From the NCBI GenBank assembly GCA_040954595.2, contig CM082586.2, positions 10,013,337 through 10,077,336 on the forward strand: a DNA stretch of 64,000 nucleotides, given 5' to 3'. This DNA is from Balanoglossus misakiensis. Its lineage: Eukaryota; Animalia; Hemichordata. The notes under the pieces are model-generated. The model did not search any database, had not been told where the DNA came from, and worked only from the letters and a program-made list of their open reading frames with translations. The position numbers and the translations under genes are program-made. This document shows positions 1-10,545 of the stretch, in pieces (position 1 is the first letter of the stretch; the number at the start of each line of letters is the position of its first letter).

Positions 1-373
1 TTGATTAAACACGTTTATCGGAAAATTTTGTCATTTGAAATATCTGTTTTTGCGCCCTCTACCATTTGACCAAATGATTCTCTTATTTTGGTGGCCTTTG
101 TCTGTGTATATGAGAATACTATAGTACTCTCGCATCGATGATAGTAGAAGTTGAAAACGTCTCTTGCCACGTGGCCTAGAAGAAAGGTGATCTTTAGAGT
201 AAAATAAAACAAACTATCCAGATAGGAAGCTAGAAAAGAAGTTGAATCGTTGAAATTTTATTTATTTTTATATTGTTAATATCGTTGGTGATGTTGACTG
301 GCCGACAATCTTTGTCACACCAGTATTTGCAGGTAGATTAAAACATTGCCTATTCCAGCAATAATCACAACAG
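1..373 (+). repeat. Direct-repeat copy 1 (may extend left of the window)
   Basis: Nearly identical to 16796-17165 (a few substitutions; ends ...AATAATCACAACAG). Confidence 0.92.
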
Positions 374-587
374 TCTTACTTTTTCTATCTTTGTAAGCGT
401 TAATCTTTATTGACCTCGCTTGTTGTTTTGTGTTTTTGTGTTGTTTTTGTTTTTGTTTTGTTTTTTTAGTAGTTTCATAATTTTATTTGTATTTTTAAAA
501 TGTTTTCCTGTTTTTTGTTTACTTTTTTATTTTTTTTACTATTTGTTGATTGTAATGCTGTATGGGTCTCGACTGTCGGTCCCAACT

Positions 588-1878
588 TGTCATATAATTA
601 GGTAGTACTGGAGTCAGTGGAAACCCAGGTGCCCGCATAATTTCAGGTGTAGTGACACCGTGTATTGTCATGTTAATGAATAGGGCTTCGTTAGCTAAGT
701 TTCGTGTAGTAAGAGAGCACACTTCAATTTAGGTCTTGAAGGGAGCAACAAGTCGGGTCTCCCTGCTCAGTGAGTAGAAATACTAGGGGAAATATTGCAC
801 CATACCTTGCTGTGTAATGCTGTAGCGCGCATTAGTGCTCTCAGGACCACTGTTTCTGCAATTCGAGTGGAAGTAAATTCAGTACTTCTAGAAAGCAGAA
901 TTGTGCTTATTCAGTGCAAACCGGTGTGGTCGGGCGATTGGCGTGGCTGGCATGGTCGTATGTGGTGTGGCTGGAAATTGCTCCAAGCAGAGTTCTGTGG
1001 AACCATCCTATAGACCCGGTATTGCTGAGCATGAAGTGTGGTGAAGAATTCTCGTGTAAGTAATGTATTTGTTTATTTATTTACTATAACTTAAATTTAT
1101 ATTTTATGGATATTTATGTCAAATTCGACAATTTGTAAGTAATAGGACGGTCATAGTTAAAGCATAATTTTCCATGATATCACATGTAATCATGACGCTT
1201 TAACTAGTCCAAATTTCTGATAATTATTATTGAGAAACGTCAGTATTCATTTGTGAACAGTTGCTAAGGTGGACATTTCAGTCAATGTTTGTTGATTTTT
1301 CATTCAGCCATTTAACCCAAGACTTGCATCTAACAAGTCAGTCTTCAGTGTGTTTACTTGACTACTGGAGGACTACAAGTGGTAGAAAACATGGTGTATC
1401 ACAGATTGTATGTGTAATGTGGATCGTCGCTACATCGTTCATCTATACAGGACTCCATCCCATATTGTGGTTGAATCATGATTGTTTACTATGAATGTTA
1501 TATACAGCTAAGTGACACTTACCATTGTTTAGACAATATGCAATAGACAATAAACTATAGTGATATTGTGAATATATTCATTTATGTAATATATTAAGTA
1601 ACCCATTGTATTGTATGACCAATTGTATCAGCATACCTGTACCTGCTAAATTGGTTAGGACAGAGACATTTGATATTGTGCATATTGTGCACAAAAATTA
1701 TATTCCTAGTATTATCTTTATATTATTTAATTGATTTAAATTAAATCAACTGTATTATTGTATCCGCACTGGTTTGTGTAGTTTCTCCCCATACCTTATC
1801 CACGGATGTTTACTCCTTGGCACTGAGAGCTGGTCAATATTTATCCTGGAATCAGAGGGGTGCCCTCCACCTCTGACA
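588..1878 (+). repeat. 5' LTR (~1.29 kb)
   Basis: Starts TGTCA at 588, exactly where identity to the 25-bp paralogous site at 17476-17500 ends. Ends TGACA at 1878, 2 nt before the PBS. No second LTR in the window to confirm. Confidence 0.8.
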
Positions 1879-1880
1879 TT

Positions 1881-1897
1881 TGGGGGCTCGTCCGGGA
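1881..1897 (+). promoter_or_regulatory. Primer-binding site complementary to the 3' end of tRNA-Pro
   Basis: TGGGGGCTCGTCCGGGA matches 17 nt of the canonical tRNA-Pro PBS (TGGGGGCTCGTCCGGGAT, as in MLV), directly after the LTR-terminal CA. Confidence 0.93.
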
Positions 1898-2216
1898 GTT
1901 TTATCGTTTTGTTGTGCATTTGTTTGTATACTATCATAAATTGTTGCCATATAGTGGAGACCATGGTTTTGATAGGTAGAGATTCTGCAAATTGTGAAGA
2001 CGGTGCTGGGTCTGTAGGCTGGTACTGTTACTGTATGTGCGCTTGTGGTTTCCTGCTATATAATATGGGCCGTGTTGGTTTGCGTCGTGCGTTTGGCTGT
2101 GTTGACTTGTGCTGAATGCCCTGTACTGCTAGGGGTTGTCAAACTGGGGGTTGTAAATCGCGATACAGCAAAGCATATATGCAGAAAGAATATCTAAGAT
2201 AGGGAGAAAATTTGGG

Positions 2217-3989
2217 TTGGAAGGGACTGCTTTAAAAGATTATGTTAGAGAGGAACAAATTAGACAGAGGGATCTTAGGGCTACTGAGAGAGAGGAGCAG
2301 AGAGAAGATAATAGGCGGCGCGAGGAACATGAGAGAGAGATACTGAAAATGCAAATTCACTTACAAGAATTAAAATTGAAAGGGGAAAATACAGAACAGC
2401 AGGTTACTGAAAATAATTTGGCCAAAGCGCGTGCTCCGAGACTACAGGGTTTTCGTGAGGATGTTGATGATATGGATGCGTACCTTCAACGTTTTCAGCG
2501 CTACGCCACTGCTCAGAAGTGGGAAAAAGATGACTGGGGGTGAATCTCAGTGCATATTGTTACAAGGTAAGGATGTATCCACATACAACCAAATGCCTGC
2601 AGCGTCTGCAAATAATTATGATGAATTGAAACCAGAGTTATTGAGGGCTTACCAGTTAAGTGAGGAGAGTTTTCATGACAAGTTCCGTTCGTGTATGCCA
2701 CATTATGATGAAAGTGCTCAAAAGTTTATGGACCGTATTGGTGACTATTTGGGCAGATGGGTAGAACTGGCTGGTACTCCAAAGACGTACAATGGGCTTA
2801 CAGATCTGTTACTTCGAGAGCAGTTTATTGGAGTATGTTCCAGAGACATGGCAATGTTCATTAGAGAGCGACGGCCAGAGAATGTCCAAGAGATGGTATC
2901 TACTGCCTCAAAATACTTAGATGCCCGAGGGTGGTGGAAACTGCCAAGTAATGCCAAGAATAATCCAAGGAGCCAGCCGACAGCAAATACCAAGCCTTCT
3001 GTATATCCAAATCAAGTAAATAAGTTTAATAACAAAACCAATGGTTCCCATGTTTTTAAAGGTACGTGCTTCGTATGTGGTAAAGGTGGTCATATGGCCA
3101 AAGATTGTAGAAGTAAGCCAAAGATGCATAAGACGGCGGTATTGTTAACTGAAGAAGATAGAAACTATCCACCTAAACAAGAATGTACACATTGGGGCAA
3201 CCGTCAACAGCCCAGGGGACTAGACACTGGTTATGCATGTATGGTGGTAGCAATGGAAATAGATAAAACAGATGCAACACTGAATAAGGAGTTCGTGTTA
3301 CCATGTGGTCATAAGCTCCCAGTGATGAGTGCTGCTTGTAGTGCCCATGGAGTGAAGAAGATGCCGGTAATGAAGGGATTGCTCGATGGTAAGCTGGTTA
3401 GCGTTTTGCGTGATAGTGGGTGTAGTAGCGTGGTAGTTCGAAGAAGTCTGGTGTCAAGTAATCAGCTGACTGGTGAGTACAGGACGTGTGTTCTGATAGA
3501 TGGGACTATTAGAAGAGTACCTGTAGCCTCTATAAAAGTTGATACCCCTTACTTTGTTGGTGATGTTACTGCACTGTGCATGATGAACCATGTGTATGAT
3601 TTAATACTGGGCAACATTGATGGTGTATCTGACCCTTCGAATCCTGATACTACATGGCAGGAACCATTGCCGACATGTAGACTGTGTACAACTGTTGGAC
3701 AGGTACCAGGTTTAGCAAATGCTGTGGAGACCAGAGCCCAGAAGATAGCCAACCAAAAACCAATCAGAGAGCTTAAAGTACCTAAAGCTGTTGGTGAAGT
3801 GGTGATGCCAGGGAAGCTTCAACAAGCTCAAGAAGAAGACTCCACTCTTGACAAACTACGTGAGAAGGCAATTTTGGGTGACGAGAAAGTGACTAGGAAT
3901 GGAGGTAGGTTGAAGTTCATCATGAAAGATGGGATCCTGTACAGAGAGTTCAATTCGCCAATGGTCCAATTTGGTGAAAAGCTGTTACA
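2217..3989 (+). pseudogene. gag-protease-(integrase N-terminal linker) of the Gmr1-like element
   Basis: Coiled-coil N-terminus, DAYLQRFQRYA..W gag motif, frameshift near 2540, capsid/SCAN-like region (LLREQF...FIRERRP), CFVCGKGGHMAKDC zinc knuckle, VLRDSGCS aspartic protease, LQQAQEEDSTL...KDGILYR. The last ~33 aa of ORF 2431-4092 are read-through into the inserted transposon. Confidence 0.9.
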
Positions 3990-4029
3990 CACTGCGGGAA
4001 ATACTAGAGCTATGTTGGGCAGTATTCCG
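3990..4029 (+). repeat. Left bipartite terminal inverted repeat
   Basis: CACTGCGG - 18 nt - TGGGCAGTATTCCG; the inner block starts at nt 27 from the end (4016). Confidence 0.85.
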
Positions 4030-4073
4030 CGAAGCGCGAGCTCCCATGTTCACCATAGCAACGCATTGCCAAG

Positions 4074-4724
4074 ATGGCGGCGCCCGTGTTGATCGATGCC
4101 GAGAAAGTTATAAAACGCAAATTGCGAGAGGCAAAATCTGTGCTTAAACGTAAAAAATGCGTGTCGGACAATCTGTATATACACCCACTCTTTGATGAAC
4201 TTGAGGATGTGACAACAAGGGCCATATTTCGAAACGACAAGCTGTCAAAGGACAAGATTCGTTGGCGTGACGTCGCCGTATTTCCCATGTTTCAGCGTGA
4301 TATGACCTACTGGCAGAAGACCTTCTACGCTCGGCTGTCAACATCCCCGTCGTTAAGGTCACCATGGCAAAGCAGCTTTACACGACAAATGCCGAGGGAA
4401 GTATTTGATGTTTTTCATCAGTTTGCTACTCGGACCGGTTTTGGTATCGACGAGAAGACCTCCAGGGCTATCATAACCTTGACCTTCACAAGTTCCTTGA
4501 AGCTATTGTATGTGATACGGAAAGGTTATTGCTACGAGGGCGCTATCGGTCAGCATACAGAGAATATCCTAGAGAAGAAAGTCCGTGGAAAGAGGGTAGC
4601 TGTTATATTCACACCTGAGAAGCCCTGTGTTGTGAAATATTTTATCAACAGGGAGACTGTTGCTGTTAGATTCAGCTTTGGTGCCTGGAACAAACATGGA
4701 ATTCCATTACATCCAGAGAACTGA
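4074..4724 (+). CDS. 216-aa basic protein of unknown function, second gene of the DNA transposon
   Basis: Uninterrupted ORF with a good ATG context (AAGATGGCG), more GC-rich than the AT-rich sequence downstream, AATAAA at ~4853. No domain recognised; no kelch or PHD pattern seen. Confidence 0.7.
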   Translation: MAAPVLIDAEKVIKRKLREAKSVLKRKKCVSDNLYIHPLFDELEDVTTRAIFRNDKLSKDKIRWRDVAVFPMFQRDMTYWQKTFYARLSTSPSLRSPWQSSFTRQMPREVFDVFHQFATRTGFGIDEKTSRAIITLTFTSSLKLLYVIRKGYCYEGAIGQHTENILEKKVRGKRVAVIFTPEKPCVVKYFINRETVAVRFSFGAWNKHGIPLHPEN

Positions 4725-5576
4725 ACCCTATTGATTTTTCACACTGATTCAACCCATCTGAGGAACATTTTTTTCCTGATCTGTGGCACATGTTGTTCAG
4801 TGTAGATGTATCAGTCTGTCAAGACAGTCCTCTCACAATTGACATATATTCAAATAAAAAAAGGAAAATTAGAAGACTCAAAAATTCATCACTTGTCTTT
4901 ATTTATCTACATTCAATACAAATGAACAGATAATGTTTACAAAATTTCCTAAACTGTAAAATTCTTTTTTTCCATCATTATTGTAACATAGATTTTTCAT
5001 TAGTTTCAGAAAAAAATGTATGTTACCTACAATCAACATTGATAAGTCAATCAAAACTGCTCATCTAACAGTTAACCAGGATTTCTGGTCTAAATTTAAT
5101 TAATATTTACAATTAATTCCATGACAAAATTTATAAATATCAAGAATTTGATGAGACTTAATTCTTTATTTTTTCACAAATTCATTAAAATTTCGTGCAG
5201 GTGCAGAATAAACAACTCCTCAAGAAAAATGTAAAACTTTTCTATCAAGCTTATGTATGTCATACATTTTAATTTTGCAAAGCACTGCAATCACTATACG
5301 ATTAAGGGTTTATTCACAATACTTAATAGTGGTAAGATAAGTTTCAATTTCCCTGTCCCCATACATGCACACATATACAAAATCCCATAAGAAACATATC
5401 ATCTCCAGTTCAAAAAGTGTGAATTCATGTGATTTGTGATCTCCATTTTTATTAAATGCAGCTCTCAACTACAGATGAGTCTTTATAATTCTGTAATGTA
5501 ATTAATACTATAGTTATCCTTTAATTCTAAAGTAGCACACAGTGACACAATCCACTGTTTCAAATTCAATCATTGT

Positions 5577-8500
5577 TCACAGCATAAGTTTCTTGAGTTT
5601 ATTTGATATTTTACCAGTGACAGCTGCTTTTTTTATGTCATCCATAATTGGGTCAACACATATTTCACAGGCAGTCATTGTTTCATTTTTTTAAATTGCC
5701 ACACATACAGTAGCCTGCATTCTCATAATATCGACTGGGAATGTATTTTTCTTTTTCTTTAAGCTCAAATTGACCTACATTTGCATTTCTATAGTTGTCA
5801 GCTTTTGGACTTTTGTTCCTCAGCCAAAAAAGCATCACATATTCGTGTCGAAATATGAGGGCCCACCTATTTTGAGGTGTAGAATTTTCACTGAATTCTA
5901 GCAGGCGTAGATGCTTTGCCTCTCTGCCTTCCATTGTGTTTAGGCCTAATCCCAGACTGAATTGCTTATAGATACTAGTGGTGTGTTTTGGGACTACATA
6001 ACCAATGTGCCACACAGTATTATTGACATTCAGAAACAGGGAATGTAGATTAAAGTACCACCGACACTTATGCCTAAGTACAAGCAAATCTCCCTCATTT
6101 ATGTTGAATCGTGAGAATAACAAAGTGATATCTCTAAGCAAGATACCAGTATATGTGTAGAGAGCTAATTGAGCCCGACGCTTTGGTCTGTCTGTATCGC
6201 TTCTCAATGCTAATACCAATCCTATGAAATGCCAAGCAAGTTTGCGAGACTCCTCACCAGTGAAGCGATAAACCACATTAATGTTGGCATTTGACTTGAC
6301 ACTATTTTCATTGAAGTATTTTACAATCTTATTATACAACTTTCCAGCTTTTACTTGATATTTTAGGGCAGACAGGAATTTGTACAGATATGACTCGTTA
6401 GGTAGATTCTCAATTTTAACTCCATTTTCACGACCCTTTTCCGAAGTGTGGGCAACTGCGTCAATCAGTAATCGTTGGAAGTAGTATTGCCATGCATTGT
6501 TCTTTAAATGCAATGGCTCAGCCTTGGCACAATCAATAAATCTACCCAACGGTGGTACAAATTCCTGTCTTGACCTCAGACTGGCTATAAATTGTGTGAT
6601 TTTGGGTCGCACTGTTTTGGGCTTTCCAGTTTTAATTTTCTTAGTTGACTTCAACTTTTCAACAGCTTCTGCATCTTTAATTCTTTTCTGATATTTCCAT
6701 TCATCCCACTTCTGACCTGGGCCAATTTCTGCTCCAATACAATCAATATCATTTTTGGAACGTTAGCAAATGAGCTGAAATACTTTGCTGCATTGCTTAG
6801 TTCTCCAGACACACTGGCCAATCCCTTCTGATCAAAGGGTAAAAGTGACACCTGAAAAGTTACATCAAGACTGCCAACTTTATATTTACGTTTCTCAATA
6901 CACTCAAGGTCTTTTGACAATGCAATTGCAAATTCAATCATTATGGGGTCATCCTCTTTTATGTTTGCCCCTAATAGGAGAAAATTGTGGTCTGGGCTAG
7001 CAACACGGTGGGTCACATTCAAGAAACTAACTAGCCATGCAGTGGCCTGTCCATGTTTGCCAAACGGAGCCCCGTCAGCACCTATACTGATTTGAAATGA
7101 GCCCTCCTGTTTACCGAACCAGTTAAGAATATCAGGCTGTGTTTCCCCCATATTTAAATATAAACTGGCAATCTTAATAAGCAACTCCTCAGGGTTTCTT
7201 TTTAAGCCGACTTGTTTGCCTTCAGATGATATAATTGGCTCAAGATTTCCAATGTCAAGGTTACTTACATACTGTACAACTTTTGTGTATGGGAGCAGTC
7301 TTGGTATTCTACAGCCAGAATGAATTTCTAATGCTTTCCTAGGATGTTTCAAGTTGGAGAACATCTGAAGTTCACTCTGCCTCAGACAGTTATATTTTCG
7401 TTTGGATAGTACTCCGCCCTCATACATAGTTCTGACACTCCTCACCAAATTGTTCTCACTTTTCTCAAATTTACTGATGTATTTATCAAATACTGATGGC
7501 ATTACTTTTTTACTGATTTGGGGAGAGGTTCTGAAGAATGTTTTCATTTGGTCAGGAGTGGCAGAATTAACAAGAGTATACCACAAACCATCAAGTGCTG
7601 CTTTTGGTGGATGTAGTACATTCGGTTTATTTATACCTTTGGCTGGGCTTACATCTGTAGTTGCTACATGAATATTTATGGCTGCTGATAAGGTTTCACA
7701 CCTACGTTCATACTGTTGACGTCGCGACAGCTTCAAAGATTCACTATTATCTGCACATACTTCAGTGTTCTTGTGGACCCATTTAGAGCGTTTCACATTA
7801 ACAACATCAACAGGAATCTGAAAGATTAAGTGTGTGATAAATATATACTAATTAGAATATAATCATTATATATAAAATAAAATCTTCTTACAAGTTAATC
7901 ATTAATTTAAATGTCCTTGATAAGAAATACACACGTGTAGCCTGTATTTTTCTGACAACTTCTGCAATAAAAATCCTAAAAAATATACATAGTTTGTTGG
8001 AAAACCTAGATGTTTTGCATCAAAGCTGAACCCATTTTGTTATCATTGTTTACACAGGATCATGTGACATGAAGTTCAAAAAGCGAATTTGGGCTAAAAT
8101 TTGAAGAGGATTTATACAAATCTGAGATTTTTAAAATTATGACTAAGTCTATTTATCTGATCTAGCTTACCTTTCTCTTATTATTCTTTGTAGCTAAGAT
8201 CTCACAAATCTTACTGTTCTTCTTCTCTAGTCTAGCTAGCTGGGTTGAGGATCTTTTTACTAGTCTCCTAGCTGCACTCAACTTATTCAACTTATCCTGA
8301 ATTATGCTTTCTTCCTCATCTCTCTTTCTCTTTCTCTGTCTACACCACTCTCCTAAGTTAAACCTGTGTTTAGTCTGTCCTCTCTTTGTTCTAACTACCA
8401 ATAGGTTGTTGGCCACGCTCCCAGACAAAGATCTAGTCTTCAATTTCTCCTGATATAGTTGTTGTAAACACTTCTCTTCAGCTACCTGTCTCGCTATCTT

Positions 8501-8614
8501 TTGGTCCTTTGCCCACTGGCCTATGTTGAAGTAACTTTTCCCTTTTCTATTCGGCATAACAATAGACAAACTTTTAAGAAGTGCGCTACTCCTGTTGAAT
8601 AGTTTGCCCCACAT
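5577..8614 (-). pseudogene. Spliced RAG1/Transib/Chapaev-like DDE transposase (~890 aa after repairing two 1-bp frameshifts)
   Basis: Exon 8614-8171 (phase-0 donor AAG|GTAAG), intron 8170-7818, exon 7817-5577 (TTTCAG| acceptor, phase 0). Motifs collinear with the RAG1 core: LSRRQQYERR (NBD-like), ISIGADG (D600-like), PFDQK (D708-like), EPLH (H795-like), RFTGEESRK (MNGNFARK-like), MEGREAKH (E962-like). Frameshifts at ~6760 (FANV/SKNDID) and in the A7 run at ~5690. Confidence 0.8.
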
Positions 8615-9422
8615 GGCTCTAAATCTATACCTGAAAAGGGTGAACAAGAGAAATATCTTTACAATAATTATCTATCCGAGGGAAGCAAAAACAAAACACC
8701 TGCTCATTATACTTCCTCCAGAAATTGAGGTCAAAGGTGACATAGAAAGAATGTGGGTAACCTTACCATAACAATCTCGCCCATTCATTTTTTTCTTATT
8801 TCGTTTTCACCCTCGAATTTCCAGCGAATTATATCAAGAATATATTTTAGCACAAACTATTGGTTTCTGATTTTTCAGTTACGGTCTTATTTTCTGTCAA
8901 TTCTATGAACAATATCACCATGTCGCCGAAAATTCGAAGCGCCGCCATTACAATCAATGTAACCCGTGCTGCTGCCAAGGAACACACAGGGTCGTATATT
9001 TTCGCTTGGTATGATTTCGTCATATTGCTTGTAGCAGCATTTTAAACATGGAATCCTATGTTTACGTATAAAAGACTAAATTCGTATGGTTTTCAAATTG
9101 AAAAAAACAATTCTGTGAAGCTGAATCGTTGTAATTTTTAGTGTTTGTTTATGGTTGCTTAGGACGGCTTCTGCTATAGCAACGGCCAGGGACTGTCAGC
9201 GGGTGATCAAAATGTTCAAGTTATTTGGCTGATACACATAAATAACACAGCAGAATCGCAACTTTATTTCATATTGTCTCTGACATCTTGCTAATTTTAC
9301 TAAACAAAACTTGGAATAAAGCAATATTACTCACCGAATTATGCTGTGCATCGACAGCTGTGTTCGATCGCGAACGCCATTACTGTGTCTAATTAAATAT
9401 TCATGAGCTTCATAGGCTGCCA

Positions 9423-9463
9423 CGGAAATACTGCCCATAGGTGGCGTCGTTCAAGCTGTAGTG
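9423..9463 (-). repeat. Right bipartite terminal inverted repeat
   Basis: Reverse complement reads CACTACAG - 18 nt - TGGGCAGTATTTCCG; the inner block also starts at nt 27 from the end. Confidence 0.85.
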
Positions 9464-10545
9464 ACAGGTGGTGGTTCCCAGAGTGTATCGTAACCAGGTG
9501 ATGAGACTAGCCCATGAATCAGTGCTGGGTGGTCACCACGGAACTCACAAGACCACAGACAAGATCCTCAGCAACTTCGTTTGGCCTGGGCTAACATCAG
9601 ATGTTTCCCGTTACTGTCAGTCCTGTGATTCATGTCAACGGACACAACCAAAGGGACGGGTGACCAAGGTACCACTTGGAAGTATGCCACTAATAGATAT
9701 CCCTTTCCTACGTATTGCAGTAGACCTGGTTGGCCCTATTCATCCATGCACTGAACGCAAGAATAGGTACATACTTACTGTTGTTGATTATGCAACACGC
9801 TATCCGGAGGCTGTTGCATTGACTAACATTGATACCAAGACTGTTGCAGAGGCGCTCCTGGACATCTACTCAAGAGTGGGGTGTCCACGTGAAATTCTGA
9901 CAGATCAAGGAACTCAATTTACATCAGATGTGATGCGTGAGGTCAGCCGGCTTTTGTCTATAAAGCAGATGACTACCACCCCATACCACCCAGCATTCAA
10001 TGGTCTAGTGGAACGGTTCAATGGTACATTGAAACTCATGCTCAGGAAGATGTGTGAGGAACGTCCAACATATTGGGATCGTTATCTGAATGCTTTACTA
10101 TTTGCCTACAGAGAAACGCCTCAATCGAGCACAGGATTCTCTCCGTTTGAGTTACTTTATGGGAGGAGTGTGCGTGGTCCAATGGCTATCTTGAAAGAAC
10201 TATGGACTGGAGAGATCAGTGAACCAGAAACCAAAACGACTTATCAATACATCCTTGATCTTCAAAAGAAATTAAAGAAGGCATGCGATTTAGCAAGACA
10301 AGAACTGAAGATATCACAAGGCAAATACAAGTCCTACTACAATAGAAAGGCCAAATGGAGGAAGTTCAACAAAGGTGACGAGGTGTTATTGCTACTACCT
10401 ACTGACCATAATAAACTACTTATGCACTGGAAGGGTCCTTTTCCAGTGGTGGAGAAAGCGAGCAATATGGATTACAAGATTGACTTTGGTCATAGGGTGA
10501 AAACATTCCATGCCAACCTGTTGAAGAGGTACTATCGAAGAACTG
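9464..10545 (+). pseudogene. Integrase domain of the Gmr1-like element
   Basis: HHCC (LAHESVLGGHHG...CQSCDSC), DDE (AVDLVGP, LTDQGTQF, VERFNGTLK), GPF/Y module (WKGPFPV...FHANLLK). Confidence 0.95.

Larger units (their letters stand above)
3990..9463. mobile_element. 5,474-bp DNA transposon encoding a RAG1/Transib/Chapaev-fold transposase plus a convergent orphan gene
   Basis: Ends 5'-CACTGCGG and CTGTAGTG-3'; TSD ACA at 3987-3989 and 9464-9466. Removing the element plus one TSD restores the pol frame: GAA AAG CTG TTA CAG GTG GTG GTT CCC (EKLLQVVVP). Confidence 0.93.

Noticed and set aside
1-373. The 1-373 / 16796-17165 direct repeat as the two LTRs of the Gypsy element
   Set aside because: The PBS follows position 1878, and the duplicate lies outside the TGTCA...TGACA unit with no PBS or PPT adjacent.
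1881-1897. tRNA-Pro gene
   Set aside because: Only 17 nt complementary to the tRNA 3' end (including CCA); this is a PBS, not a gene.
420-2115. Short ORFs in the T-rich tract, LTR and leader (e.g. 420-605, 1774-2115)
   Set aside because: Low-complexity or non-ATG ORFs with no recognisable motifs, in expected non-coding retroelement sequence.
4074-4724. ORF2 as RAG2-like
   Set aside because: Too short for a six-bladed kelch propeller, and no GG/Y/W kelch pattern or PHD cysteines; only its position is analogous.
5538-5544. Perfect RSS heptamer CACAGTG inside the transposon
   Set aside because: No ACAAAAACC-like nonamer at 12 or 23 bp; a 7-mer is expected by chance.
3988-9463. Alternative left end CACACTG at 3988 with a Transib-type 5-bp TSD
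   Set aside because: No 5-bp duplication flanks it. Only the 3990 boundary gives a TSD (ACA) and places the inner TIR blocks at equal distance from both ends.
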